Shown piece after piece: positions 13,021 to 26,700 of a stretch of 64,000 bases of DNA (the first letter of the stretch is position 1; each line of letters starts with the position of its first letter). The translations under genes were made by a program, and so were the position numbers. This DNA comes from Lepidodermella squamata (taxonomy: Eukaryota; Animalia; Gastrotricha). The stretch covers positions 2,019,284 to 2,083,283 of the forward strand of contig JBLDXI010000055.1 in assembly GCA_047495785.1 (NCBI GenBank), given 5' to 3'. Below the pieces are notes generated by a model. It did no database searches, was not told where the DNA came from, and saw only the letters and a program-made list of their open reading frames with translations.

Positions 13021-13536
13021 CGTCGTTCGCAATTTAAGACTGCTTTAACACCCTCTATGACGCGTACAGTGTATACTTCTTTCTTCAAAACCTAGTGTAA
13101 CAGAATTAAGCTCTGTATTAAGTGATGTTACTTCTAGAAATGATGAAAAGTTCGAAAATGGAGATTAGTAAAAGAAATTTCTGCAGATGTGAAATCGCTG
13201 CCGTTCCGTAAATGACTTCTCATTTAAAAAACCTAGAAAAGCTCATTCAATTTCCAGCGACTCACTTTTATTCAAAGCTCAACATATCGCGCTTCGGCCA
13301 CCACAAATGTTAATTACATACATAGTCATATTTATTGTAGCAGCATATAACAGTAAACAGTTACGTTTAATATGTACCCTTGTCTCTCAGACAAAATTCA
13401 ACGTTGCTTCCTGTGTGAAGGGTTGATAGAAACAATCGTTAATGACTGCTAAAAAATCAGTTGCTGTATTAAAAGAAAGAAAATGCAAAGTAAGGAATAG
13501 CGCAATAGATGCAGCTATAATTCTCAATCAAGATTT

Positions 13537-16500
13537 CTACTCAGTCGTCGTTGGTGTCTTGATGTTAAATCCAAGCTTTTTAGCCAGGCTCAGAAGCTGA
13601 GTTATCTCCGCGGGCGCTGGGCCGCTCGATGCATCGCCTTTTTCCTTTTCTGATTTTTCAGACTTGGAAAGAGAAGTGGTCGAGGATGACGATTTGACTG
13701 CCGAAGAGCCGCTCTTTGAAGACTGCTGAGCAGATGACGACATTCCAGATATTATTGATGGATTGAGTGCGTACGGATTCTGCTCCCATCGAGCGTTGCT
13801 TTGAGGCAGCGAGGGATTCACCGGGAGAGCGTATGGATTGCGTGACTGATTGGACTGCGAACTTTGAGAGGAAATTTGTTGTTGTTGTTGTTGTTGCTGC
13901 TGCTGTTGCTGTTGCGACTGGTTCTGATTGCCGAACAGAGGAGGGATTCCTGCAGTAGGGTCAGGTCTGGAAGCGAATAATCCAGCCGGACCAGCGGCAG
14001 CTAGCGTGCTCAACAGCTGTTGCAAATGTTGCTGTGCCTGAGCTGAGTTCGTGTAAGGTCCCAACGCAGGCCGCTGCGGTCCGCCGGAAGACGACAATAA
14101 TGGCGGTATGTTGAACGGAAACTGCGACCCGCCACTGGACGCCCCATTAGACTGCGGATTTTGCATGCCAGGTGGACGGATCAGTGGAGGTGGACCGGCA
14201 AAGCGGGCGTGCTGTAGCAGCTGTTGCTGCAGGGCGGCCAAATGTGAAGGCACGGCACCTGTCTGGAATGGCGGCAGTTGCGGTGGCGGCTGTTGCAATT
14301 GAGCCTGATTGATTGGGGGAGGCGGTTGACCGAACTGCGGCAAATTAGGATACTGGACATTAGTCTGGCCCATTTCGGAGCTAGCATTTATTTGCTGCTG
14401 TAAGGTTAGGGCTGGCGAGTTGCTAGCAGCTTTCTGCGGCATACCGGCAATGTTTATTGTTAATTTCGGCGGTGGCACATTCACATTCACAGCAGTCGGC
14501 AGATTTACCGGCGGCGGCGGAGCAGAATGGAACACGGGTTGTTTGCCTGAAGAAGGTGCAGAAGATGGCGAAGAACCCGCTTGTGCCGATGAGATAGCAG
14601 ATGCTGAGGAAGAATTGGGCGCGCTTGACGCAGGCGGAACCGAAGAAAATGTGCGGGGTAATTCGAAGCGCGTTGATGACTTCAGAACATTGTTTAGACT
14701 AGCTCGCACTCGGTTCGCGATTTGCGACATCATATCTTGTGTAAACGGCTTGGAAGCCGATGCTGAATTGGCAACTGGGCGCTTCGGCATTTGCAACTCG
14801 TCATCGTCTTCCTCGTCTTGTTTAGCACCCATCTGAGGTAGAGGGACGAACGCACCACCAGCCTCCTCGGATACGCCATATGTTGCAGAAGTAGCTTCGG
14901 CGTCAGAAAACATTGCTGCATTTCCGACAGCCGATGTTTCATCATCCGGCGGTGGCGGTAGAAAATCTGATGGCGCTAGTAGCGACTCTCGGAGCCGCGG
15001 TCTTGGTGGACCCATAGTTCGCAGCTCAGGGTTGAATACAATTTCTTTGTGTCGCCACATATTCGTATTACGAAGAGTCATATAGCGCGAGAGAACGTCA
15101 TCCCGGTTGTAGGGTACGTCTTCGTCCTCGTAAAAACGAATTTTAACCAACTGAGTAGTCGAGCCCTTCTTGCGGAATTCGATACCTTGAACAGGCTGGC
15201 AATAGCCGATGTGTTCCGGAGATGCGGGTAAATTCATTTCATTGACCAGTAAATTAGCGATCAAGTCTCGGAACTCGTTTTCAGTCGAGAATTGCAAACC
15301 AGACACAACAAGACCGTTGCCTCGATTCTGACGAACGTTTTTTTCTTTGTCGAGGAATTCCGGATCTTCAATCAACTTCATGGTGCGTTTGACATCAAGG
15401 TCCTCGCCGGTTTCTTGATCAACATCCTGAAAATTAACCGCAACTTCAAAATAAGTCAACAAGAAACGGTAAAAGGCTGGTAAGATCCAAGATAGGCCCA
15501 ATCGGGACCACAGAAGTAAAGTATCGATCAATCAATTCAATACATATTAAATATAATTAATAATGCCGTTCACATTATATACTTTTCAACTAAAACACCT
15601 ATATAACAATAATTGTAGGATTTGAAATGCCGTTCAAAATGATACTGGGTTAAGGTCTTACCTTTAGAGACAAGGCTATTTTCGGCTGGTTTGAAATAAC
15701 TTTGACGTATACAGTCTGGCCCATCTGCACAACTTCGTCAACATTGGTCACATACCCATCGCGTTTCATCTTTATAAATTAGAATTATAAAAAAGCTTAC
15801 TAGGAGTAAACGGACAACATACCTCACTGATATGGACAAGACCGTACAACTTATTTCGCAGCCCCATCATCAGGCAGAAAAAGCCGAACGGTTTGATAGC
15901 TGCAACCACAGCTTCATAAATCTGAAAACGTCAATATGCATATTTCTCGCATTACAGAGCTGGAAAAAATAAAAACTCACTTCACCAATATCAGGGTATT
16001 TCTCACCCTCGAACCCATTAGCACCTTCTTCAAAGTCAGAGAAATCACCGTAATAATCGCTGTTCTTCCGAGCACCCCGCTTGCGGTTGTCATGGTTGTT
16101 CTTGGAGCTGTGCTTCTTTTGACGGCTGGTTGGCCGTGATTTTCGTCGCGAGCCATCGCTTCCAGATGATCTAGAGCTAGCCAAAGGTGACGCAGGGCCG
16201 ATGTCTTCAGGGCTGGGAGAACGTGGAGGTGACGGAGAGGCAGGAGGAGACGGCGATCTTGGCGGCGAGGGAGACTTTGGCGAAGGTGATGACGAGCGCT
16301 TACGACCCTTTTTTCTCCCTGGTGACGGGGAATGACGTTTTTTGTTTTTCTGTTTCACAGAATGCCTACAAAAAATGTAAGTCATGGCATCTCAATTTTT
16401 TTATCAATCGAGGCATACGAGGAGCGAGTTCTGGATTTGTCATCGAATTTCTTTGATGAAACGATAGGAGAGCGAGATCGACTTCGACGAATTCTAGAGT

Positions 16501-16636
16501 CCTTTGTCAGCTTAGAAACGTTTGAATCACTTCGACGATGCGATTGGTCATTCCGTGGTGAGCGACTGCTGCTGCGTTTCCTAGATTTCTTAGATCGAAT
16601 GTCAGCATAGCGAGCTTGACCTGCGATATTATCCAT
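13537..16636 (-). CDS. Uncharacterised RS-rich protein with a DHX8/Prp22-type S1 domain, an ORF1p-like RRM segment and a long P/Q-rich tail
   Basis: Spliced model: RS/SP-rich exons, then YPDIGE/IYEAVVAAIKPFGFFCLMMGLRNKLYGLVHISE/MKRDGYVTNVDEVVQMGQTVYVKVISNQPKIALSLK/DVDQETGEDL (S1 domain), then the large terminal exon inside ORF 13537-15531. No DEAH helicase motifs. Confidence 0.75.
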
Positions 16637-19549
16637 TTTATTCTAGAAGGAATAAAAGGAAAGAATATTGTGAAAGAGAGGCATCATAACTCAAACGAAA
16701 TGACATAATTAGTTAGGTATTACTAGTACCTACATAACGAATTAAGTGCTTTATATAAGGATAAAGAGGGGATTGTTGTATTTATAACAAAAGACAGCGA
16801 GGCGGTGTTGAGTATTTGCCATTTGCCATTCGCTAATCTCAGATAAGAGTTTACTCTTTCTTCAATCATGGAAGGTATAGTATGGGGTAGGGTATTGACA
16901 AGCCGGGCGCCACGAACGACTCAACGAGATGACCATAAGTTTAGCGTAGTGGCTAGTCCGACAAGCATCGAAGAGGACTGTACTGGATGCGCAGACCTTC
17001 TGCTGAACGCCCCTAACTGGGGATGACGAAAAACTAAGTAATTAGATGTTGGTTCCTCTGGGCATTCCGACCATTACATGAGAACGGCCGCCCACGTCTA
17101 GGCCCTTAAGCGGTGGCTGCGGGCGTGTCCATGTCAGAAGTTCGAAATCGAAAGTCGCACCACATCAGTCAAAAACCTTAAGCTAAAAGCATCCAAGAGC
17201 GATACCAGTCGATCGCACTTCTAAGGTAGGGTACTGACAAGCCGGGCGCCGCGCTAATCGAAAAAAAGCGCGGCGAAGATTTGGGTCGCGGAAAAAGATG
17301 GATCGATGTTCGACCCTGCCACTATTTCTTGTGATTTGACAGTGATTTTCCAGGCCTTGGGTTGATACCTTTATCTAACCTCAAACCTATATCAAATTCG
17401 CTAGGACAGTCAGTATTCAGCTTATTGTAAAATACTGCGTGGCCTTCAGGTAGCCGCTTTCGGAGCTGGAAATTCGGGGATCCACCTCTTACACTGGGTT
17501 TCGGTTTTCGGCAGCCAGCCCTTTCGCCTTTTGTCATCAGGCGCTCACCAGAGAGGTAGCGAAAGAGGTGGCTGCGCTCGCCGTCGCCAGTCGCCAGCTG
17601 AAGCCTGAGAACACGAGTGATGTGGAGGCTTCTAGCCCTCGACTCAATTTGGACCAGATGTAGTCCCATTGTATTTATTAACTAAAAATGTTAGTTACAA
17701 TTTGTTGAGTATAACAGCAAAGTATATTTAAATTTATGGTGAACATGAAATTTTAAAAATTTGGCGCTCGCTCACGCGTCCATAACAACCTGCCCATTCG
17801 TCTGCGCGACAGAAAACGAAGCGAGGAACTGCGGAACAGCCTGAAGCTCGACGATCTAGCTACTCGGCGCCGCAAGCGATACTCCGCCTTCGTGAAGAAG
17901 CTCCAAGTCAACGGGCATAATGACTAATAATAGGTGCAAAGCGAACGGTAAACAATAAAAGATTTGAGAGCTAAAGTCGCCGGAAAATTTGCCATGCAAT
18001 CACTGCGACCTGAATCTCGGCATCAAGCGCCACTACTACCTTCCGCCTCCACATCTGCCGGCCAGCTGACGGTCAGATTTCGGGGGACAGCGCTGATAAG
18101 AGACGAGCACGGCATGCAGAACGTACGAAAGCTAATGAACAATTTTGTGAGAGGCGCCTTATAACTACTTCGTGTTTTCCTACTATCTTTTCTCCTTATT
18201 ACCTATATAGCACCTTAGTCTATGTTTCTCTTCTTTTCTTGTCACTATGGTTTCAGAGAGATCAGCTGATGGAGAGTGTTTACGCAAACTTCTTGTTTGT
18301 TATGGGCGTATAACGGCATAGCCGTCGCCTTCGCTTCTCATTTCCAACTACGAGTAGACTAGTAAACCAGCGGCGTCGACTGATTGTTTCTTTCCAGCGT
18401 GGCTATGAAAAGAGTCCTCTACAATTTTCATGATTTCTATTTCTATGTCTATATGTCCTGTGTGCGTGTGTGTGAGAGTCAAAAGTTGTCAACAAACTTA
18501 CCGCAATAAAACTTTGAACTTTGAACTTTGAAGGAAAGGAATCTGCTGAACATCGCGGAAGTGATCAGTAAAGCTCTCCGAGAAACCAGCCAGAACAACG
18601 ATGCAGCAAGATGAACGCAGTTATAATAGATTCGAGCCTTCCGTGCCCTAACGACGATCGGTGCTGCGTGCTTGGTCCTCTACTATTCATTTTACATATA
18701 AACGATCTTCCTTCCGTCATGCAGCGTTGCGTGATAAACTATGAATGGGTGATATGGAAACTCGGCTGAAAAAAGTATCCGGCGCTATCAATGAAGAGTG
18801 CATATCTCCTCAGGAGCTAGCAGGGAGCTTGTTTGTGCCCGCCCTTTAACTTGCCCGATTAACTTGTCATTATGGAGCATTGGATCCATGCCTACACTTT
18901 CCGAGTTCAATGAGTTGACGATAGGTTAGATAGTTACGCTATTTACGTATCTACGTATCCGTCAACTATCGGATTACTGCACCGTCGCCAGGCCGAACCA
19001 TCACTCTCAATTGCGTACAATTTGGTCATGTGATTATCAAAACTACAGCTCGGAGTAGAACATGACCAGAAATTGTGGTAGCGGTTGTCAAATCTCTGAC
19101 TGTGCCTTAATGTTCGACAAGCAGCCGATTGATTGGCCTGATTAGCCGTGCCGAGTTACCATGATTATCTTCACTTCGCCGTTCACCTGTCCATGGCAAC
19201 GTATCTAGTTAGGGATTGCATTTTTCTGTCTCAACAAAGCAATCAAAAGCATCTACAGCACAATGCAGGAAATGCTGGGTTCAGTCGATTCAGGCCCTGG
19301 TGAATTTACTTGCTGGTAGCAATCCAACTGCTGAGTTTCATGCTTGCCTTTCGTCATCGTGAAGCTATTCAAATTGACAAGAAAATGTCATTGGCTGAGC
19401 CGAATCACGGTCCAATTTTAACACGATTCTTTGTAATTGTACTTACCTATGGCAACGTTATCAAGCGAATGCGTGCTGGTTGATTCCAATTGTTAATCAC
19501 AATAAAATAATTTTATTTTGCTTTGTCAAATTTTTACCCACTTGTTTAG

Positions 19550-20733
19550 GACCATTGTAGGACAACGCAGGATGAAATTCGGGCTTCTCTGGAGAGGGTT
19601 GGTTGGCACCAGCCAGTCATCAACATTGCTTTCGCGCAAACATCGGCATCAACGCAGAAAGTAGTCATACTCGAATATGAGTCTTCTTCAAAAGCTGCGG
19701 AGTTTCTTCGAGATCGGATTGGAGTTTGTCAGTAAGGTGGGCCACACGGTTTAATCTCGAAGGACAAGTTTTAGTAATAGATCGGATTGGAGCGAGCAAA
19801 ATGCTGAATTTACAGCGAAATGCAATCGTTTGCGCCGAAGTTCGCCCCTTCTTTTACGTCCAAGTCATCGATTTCTCCGGATAATTCTTCATCACGAGAC
19901 CTAGTGCACCTATATGGCGCTGTTCGCTGTCTGATCCCGCTTACTATGCTGCCAGCTTGGTGAATCTATGCTACTAGAAAGTCTTTCTATCATGTTTTCG
20001 CTCGAGTCTGGCCAACGCATCAGACCAATCGATCGCTAGGTTTCTCGACGAAAGTTTCAGTGGAGATTTCGCCGTTGACATCGAGCCTCTCCTCTAGGAT
20101 GAATTCGGAGAAAAACGTGCCAAGTCGATCCTATCTTTATTCGGACAATGCCGTACTCGTCGCCGCAGCTCGGCTATTATGCGAAATGGCTATTATTGCT
20201 ATTTTAATAACAATGTAATGTGCCTCCGCCAAATATCCGGGCGCATTCCTGTCCTGCATGATCTGAAGCAGACATTGCTGAATTTGTTCGATCGTGCGGT
20301 TGATGACTCTACGTTTTTCAAACGGTTCTTTCAAGCGATTGCTAGTTTCACGAGAAAGCCCGAATTTAAGAATTTTTTTACGAAAACGAATTTGTCGTAC
20401 TGTTCGTCGCGGTGTCATCGCTGCGCTCTAGTCAATCGTAATTTTTGCTTCATGATTTCCGGTCGCTTGGCGAAACTCGGCCTGTTGGATGAACATTGCG
20501 TCGTCAATGTTCTGTACTACATCAACGATTTGAATGGGTCGCTGATGATTCACCCTCTTGTTCACATGCGCAACCACGTACTAGCGATAAACAAATGTGA
20601 TCTGCATTCATCAGTCGGCTGCTTTTTCACTCGCCACACTCTACACTCGGCTATGCCGATAAAATTCCTATTTTCTCCTAGCCGGAGTAAAGAAGATGAA
20701 ATATACAAAGAATCAGCCCGCAAAAATGACTAA
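19550..20733 (+). pseudogene. Possible degraded or unknown gene
   Basis: Protein-like reading frame after an AG acceptor near 19550, interrupted by stops, plus a 184-aa ORF at 20179-20733; no recognisable family. Confidence 0.25.
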
Positions 20734-21009
20734 CGGAGGAAAATTGTGAATGAAATTGAATGACAACAAAGTAGCGTCGAAAATCAAGTTTGAGAATGGA
20801 AGACTTATGGTTTAAAAAAATCTGCATAAGCTACATGCTGCATTCGCAAACGCGAAATACTGAAATGCTGCCACAATTTCGAACCATGACCTGAGTTTAA
20901 ATGAGCCCGAATATCATGATATCAAACAGCTCAAACAGCCCGGGATAGCAGAACATATTTCGTGCTGTTTTACTGCATATTTTCCACAACAATATATTTT
21001 CCCGCAAAA

Positions 21010-21895
21010 AATGACTCCGAAGTCCAGGCCACACTGCAGAAGGACATAGACGAAGTTATAAAATGGCTGGGCAGCAACTCACTGAAAGTAAAAAAATCCG
21101 GCGAGAAAAGACGAGAAAAGGGCTTTTCGCACTGAAATTAGCAGCGCAAAATGGCTTAAATCGAAATTGTCTCAAAGCCATGGCCAATGGGCTCATCTTT
21201 ACGCATCTGCATTACTGCGACACATAGTTGTCGGTTGTCGGTGAGGCATGTGATACGTCTCTGCAAAGAATGCAAAGCCTGCAAGATAGGGCTGTCCATA
21301 TAATCATGAACGCCCCAGATCATGCCGACATTAAGGCCTTACGAAAATAATTGGGATGACTAGACCTAAAGGGCAAACAAGGCGTTCATTTAGCCACCCT
21401 ATCACTGTTTGGTTGACCAAGCCCCAAAATCCGTACAATCTATTTTTCAGCTAATCAGGCCATTCGACAAACACGTGGTGCCCGACTGACATTCAAAATT
21501 CCCAACATGCGTCTGAAAACTTTAGCCTCGCTTATCGAGGTCCCACTTTTTTATAACAAACTTCCTTTGTACATACATTGTCCTTACCATCGTCCTATTT
21601 ATATTCTTGCTTATACTGAATTACCTCCGGCTTGTACTTGTGGATTTAATGCTTGCCGCAGAGCGCGAACGCGTGCCGTCAAATTGTTTATAAACACCTG
21701 ATTTCAATAACGAATGAGCGTGTATATAACAAGCTGCTGTCGATCTCAAATAATTGTTTATTTTTGTACATCTACTTGACTCTTGAACAGGACTGAATAA
21801 TCATGACTTTGTTGCTACCTTTTTTCTTACTGACAATTTTTTTAACCGAGCTCTCAACTGTGGGATAAATGCTCTTAAATAAATAAATAAATAAA
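21010..21895 (+). mobile_element. 5'-truncated, decayed non-LTR retrotransposon (L2/CR1 group), 3' part of ORF2 plus tail
   Basis: Frames read LQKDIDEVIKWLGSNSLKV and HLHYCDT*..LQDRAVHII..LG*L, typical post-RT motifs with in-frame stops; ends in a (TAAA)5 tail at 21876-21895. Confidence 0.75.
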
Positions 21896-23752
21896 TGATC
21901 CGGATAACACATTATAAATGTAACATACACAAGCAAAAGATGTTTCTTCGGTGGACGATGAAAAGTGCCAACCCCGCAGCTGGTTAGAAAAATTGATTAA
22001 TTACCAGTCTCTTTAATTTGAAAATCTTAGCAATGAAGTACTCTGATTGAGAATTGAGAGGAATCGTTTGATAATACCAAAATTCGAGCTGAAATTCCTA
22101 GAATTCAATTGTATGCGAAATATAATTTAGTAAATAGCTGGAGGTGGTACTTCCCATTATTCATCTTTTCATCGTTTTAATATTATTTGAAGGTGATTTA
22201 CTTGACTTCAAATTTTCTATCTGCGAAGGTATTAATCAGAATAATCTTATGTATTCCGTCATCATTGAAACTTTACGCATGAGGTCGAAACGTAAGAAGA
22301 AAACGTTAGAAGAAACGTAAGAGCGACGTATGGGTATCACGCTTTGGTCACGAGGCATTAAGAGAACATGCCCCGATGCCTCAACCTTTAGCATCGTAAA
22401 TGCAAGTTAAATCTAACAAGTGGGCTCGTGAAGTATAAAGGGTGCAACCAACTTTTCCTACACAACAGTAGCCATTTCATGATTTCAAAAAAACGTAAAA
22501 AAGTTTCTCCGGCGTCCGGTTACTTCTTATCCTCAGTCGGGGCCCTTATATCATTGCCACAAACGCACGCTAACCGCCATCTCGAGCTGGTATACCTGCT
22601 GTAACCACATACATAATAAATGAATTACACGTGCAATATTGTCGTTATAATATGGCATGAATAACGCTCGGCGCTGTTATTGAATAACTATAAGTAGGGG
22701 CGATGCTGGTATTTACGTTCGGCGATGGACAGCGAAGCGCGCTTCAAAAAGTGGCAAAGCCGCGTTGAAATTTAATTTTCGTATATTATGCTACATGCTG
22801 TCATATCAGCCATAATATTGTTTTTACCACTGCCCATGCCCTATGCTGTATAAGGAGATAGTAGGTAGAATATATGCGCGCGGGCATGTGAGCGCTGTTC
22901 TCGTGCGCGCGTTGTTGCCAACACGCGCGGTGTGGCCGAGTGAAAAAGCATAGCACGCGCTGGAGCGCATTGGCGCGAGCGGCCCGAACGGCACTTTTAA
23001 ATTTCACGTTCAATACTTAATACACTAATGCGTGGAAAGCGCGTCAATGTGCTCAGCTTTTCATAATCATCGCCACCGTAATTCCAAGTTGCCCGCTCTT
23101 CACAGCATTCTCGTGCTATTGTTTCTTGCACATTTTTTACTCACCTCAGTTCACCAGCATTTTAGCTTTATTATTAGTATCATCATCGAGATGTATTTGC
23201 TATAAACTCTCTGAAGATAGCCATAGTAATGTAGGAAAGCGTTGCGCACACGATTCTCAGATGTATAAGCGCGTTAAAGTATTACAGTACGGGAGAATGC
23301 CATAATTAAATGCGAAGTTTTGTTAGCCGTGTAATAAGATTGTGCTTTGTTATTCCTCAAAAAATCATGCGCGCAGAATATGCACTCTTCCCATTGTGTC
23401 GCTTCACTTCGTTCACTCGTCACATTTAGTACGTACGATCTCCACGTTACCTAGATAGTCGACAAAGCGACTGCAAGTCCGGACCTTTGGAAACTTTGAT
23501 ACAATTGTCAAACTACCGCTAAAGCGAACTCGCAACCAATGCACTGGGTTGTCGGTGCTTGACGCACGATCTTTGTGCGGTCTTCACAACGCTGCAGTAG
23601 AATATAATGACTTGCTTTATTTAATGCCAATGACTTTGCACAGACTCGCTATTGTAACCCAGTCTCTTTACGTCTTAATTCATTTCATGCGCTAATTTAG
23701 GGTTAAAGAATTTGCGCTACACGCCGCTCGAGGACCTCGCGCATCATCAACC

Positions 23753-26700
23753 ATGACAGGTAACTTGATGTCAACTTTTTACTCGGAGTATAACTCGTAA
23801 TTTCGGGGTAATTTTGCAATTTTTGCGAGAATGCATCTCTCGTGCTGTCAAGTGATAGACGCTGTAACGACTCATGTATGTTTTTTCTTGAATTTTAGGC
23901 AACACTGGGGTGCTCAGTGTTGGATATACTGTCATCGGACTCGTATTTCTGGTCACCCTCGTTCAAGTGATCAAGGCCGATGAGCAGGCTCTATTTTCTG
24001 AGCAGTTTGATAACGTAAGAGTGATTGCTGTTCGATTGATCACGTTAAGACTTTATTTTACTCCGTTTACCCAACCAGGAGGAAAGCCAGTTTTTGACTG
24101 AGGAAATCGACCGCTCGGTAATACAGTTACAAATTAAATATATTCCGTGTAGACTTCGAATTATAGACGTGTCGATCGCCACAATGCGATTGCTACAACA
24201 CCAAGTCCACCGTTGCCGTATGTTATGCTGTAATTTACAAAAGCAACTCTTAATATTGTGTTATCTTACAGGGTGGACCCGGCATCGCTGGAACACCCGG
24301 ACCTATTGGTGACTTTGGAGAAACTGGTCGTCAAGGTCCCCCAGGTTGGAGATTTAAGCTTACAGGCTTCTGATTTTACTTACTGCTATTTTGTCAACTT
24401 AGGTCCACCTGGAGAAAATGGCCCTCCGGGTAATCCCGGCTGGAATGGAAATGATGGATCACCGGTCAGCTGAATGCTGCAAAAAATACATTCAATACGA
24501 AATTATTTTCTATCTCATAGGGACCTAAAGGTTGGGTTGGTGATCCGGGTTATCCGGGCGACAAAGGCATCAAAGGCCAGCCGGTAGCCAACTCTCAATT
24601 CTCGCATCTGTTTGATAATGTTATGCTATAATTTTGAAAAGGGAGACATTGGCCGCGACGGCAGCAGAGGCGACCAAGGTCCAAGGGTTAGTTGGCTTGT
24701 GTTAAGTTTCATTTGGGGTGGCTAATTTGCATTTTTCTGCAATTTTAAAGGGCCTCCCTGGCCTCCCTGGACCCAAGGGCGATGCTGGACGCCCCGGCTG
24801 TTCTGGTCGTCCGGTATGATTGGTAATAATTTCGTTCGGATTTTGTTTCAATCATTTTCTAGGGCATTGATGGCTACCCATTAGTGGCGTCTGAAGGCCC
24901 ACAGGGTCCTCAGGGACCCCAGGGTGACGAAGGTCTGAAGGGTGACAGAGGTGCGTGACTTTGAGGAGGGATGCCCTGGTGGGTGACTAACCTATACTGT
25001 TATTTATCAGGCGATACGAATAACTTCTACGGTTCCCCGGGTGAGCGCGGAGAACCTGGTGAAGTCGGCCCAACTGGTGAAACCGGCCGTGATGGTCGCG
25101 ATGGTGGGCCGGGATCGAAAGGTTTCCCAGGAGATAAGGGAGATCGCGGAATGCCAGGTCCGATCGGAGAACCCGGCCCACAAGGTCCCGTTGGCGATGA
25201 GAGCTTCGTTGCTGCCAACGGTAAGTGGATAGTTTCCGTTGAAATTGAGCGCAATCATCTCAAATGTTGTTTTGCTGTAGGACAAAGAGGTGAAAAAGGA
25301 CGTCAAGGTGATCGAGGAGGTGAGAGATCGTGTTAAAGAAATGACCCGTTTTATTGGTTAATATGACCGAACAGAAACTGGTGATCGCGGCAGGCCCGGA
25401 ATTAAAGGTGAATTGGGCTCCGACGGTGACACTGGTGAACCCGGCACAGCAGCCGTATGTGATGATATTTTTAAATTTATATTCGACGAATTCCCATTTC
25501 ATTCTTAGACTTTGCAAACCGCCGTGTCAGGCCCTCCCGGATTTGTCGGAGACGTAAGTAGCAAAGGAATTGAATTAATACATTATATGTCTTACCATCC
25601 TTGATTTTCAGAAAGGCATCAAGGGCCAGCCCGGTGACTTTGGCGACCAGGGTCCTCCTGGTGAAGCCGGTCCTTCTGGCCGAAGAGGTTGAAGTTGATT
25701 CTTTTAGCGGTTGACAATTATTAAACCAAACACTTCTATTTCAGGCGAGAAAGGCAACCGAGGGCCTATTGGACCGATGGGCATTCCTGGTAAATAATAA
25801 TATAAATGTTTTGCAACTTGAGTGCTACGATTCTTTTCAGGCCGAACCAACTTGAACCCAACGCTAAAAGGCAACAAAGGCGTGTCGGGTGAAATTGGTA
25901 CCCCTGGCGATAGAGGCCGCGATGGTCTTCAAGGCGACCGTGGCTTCCCAGGACCCCAAGGAGACACTGGAACCACCGGTTTTCCAGTAAAAACATCGTG
26001 TTTTTCGCTTTCATTTGCTAACCGGGTTTAACATTATCATAGGGTCCCAAAGGTCAGCAAGGTGATAATGGTTTCGATGGACTTCCTGGCCCAATCGGCG
26101 AACCTGGTAATAGAGAGTCACAACTATGCCTTACATATCTTATGCATCTTAATAACGCCACGCATAGGTGTTTCTATCGGTGGTTTTCCGGGCCCGAAAG
26201 GCGATATAGGTCTTCCAGGTTCACCTGGCGAATCTGGTTACGATGGTAAGCTTTAATTAAATGTAGCTGATTCGTCTAATTACTTGATTCACGTGCTTAG
26301 GACCAATCGGTGACAAGGGTGAGCCTGGCTCCGGTTTGGATCAGGGTCCCCCTGGAATCGATGGCAATGTTGGTCCTGAAGGTTTCCCAGGTATGTTACG
26401 TTGGCTTGAAGTGTAGGACGGAGCTATTTAGTGGAAAGGTCTTCATGAACTTGGCGGCTAACTCTTTTTCAACATAGGCCAGCGGGGTCCTGCTGGTGTC
26501 AAGGGTGAAAGAGGTCTACCTGGCAACCCTGGACAGCGCGGCCCCAAGGGCAATAAGGGCATTAAAGGCGATCGCAATAACGCTGCGGAGTCTTCCGTGA
26601 CCAATGTGATCTACGCTGTTCACTCGCAAACCGACCAGACCCCAGAGTGTCCACTCGATCACATCAGCGTATCAACTGGCTATTCGTTGCTGCACTTGCA

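Noticed and set aside
13537-16636. Calling this gene DHX8/PRP22
   Set aside because: Only the RS region and S1 domain match; no helicase motifs (GETGSGKT, DEAH, SAT) are present.
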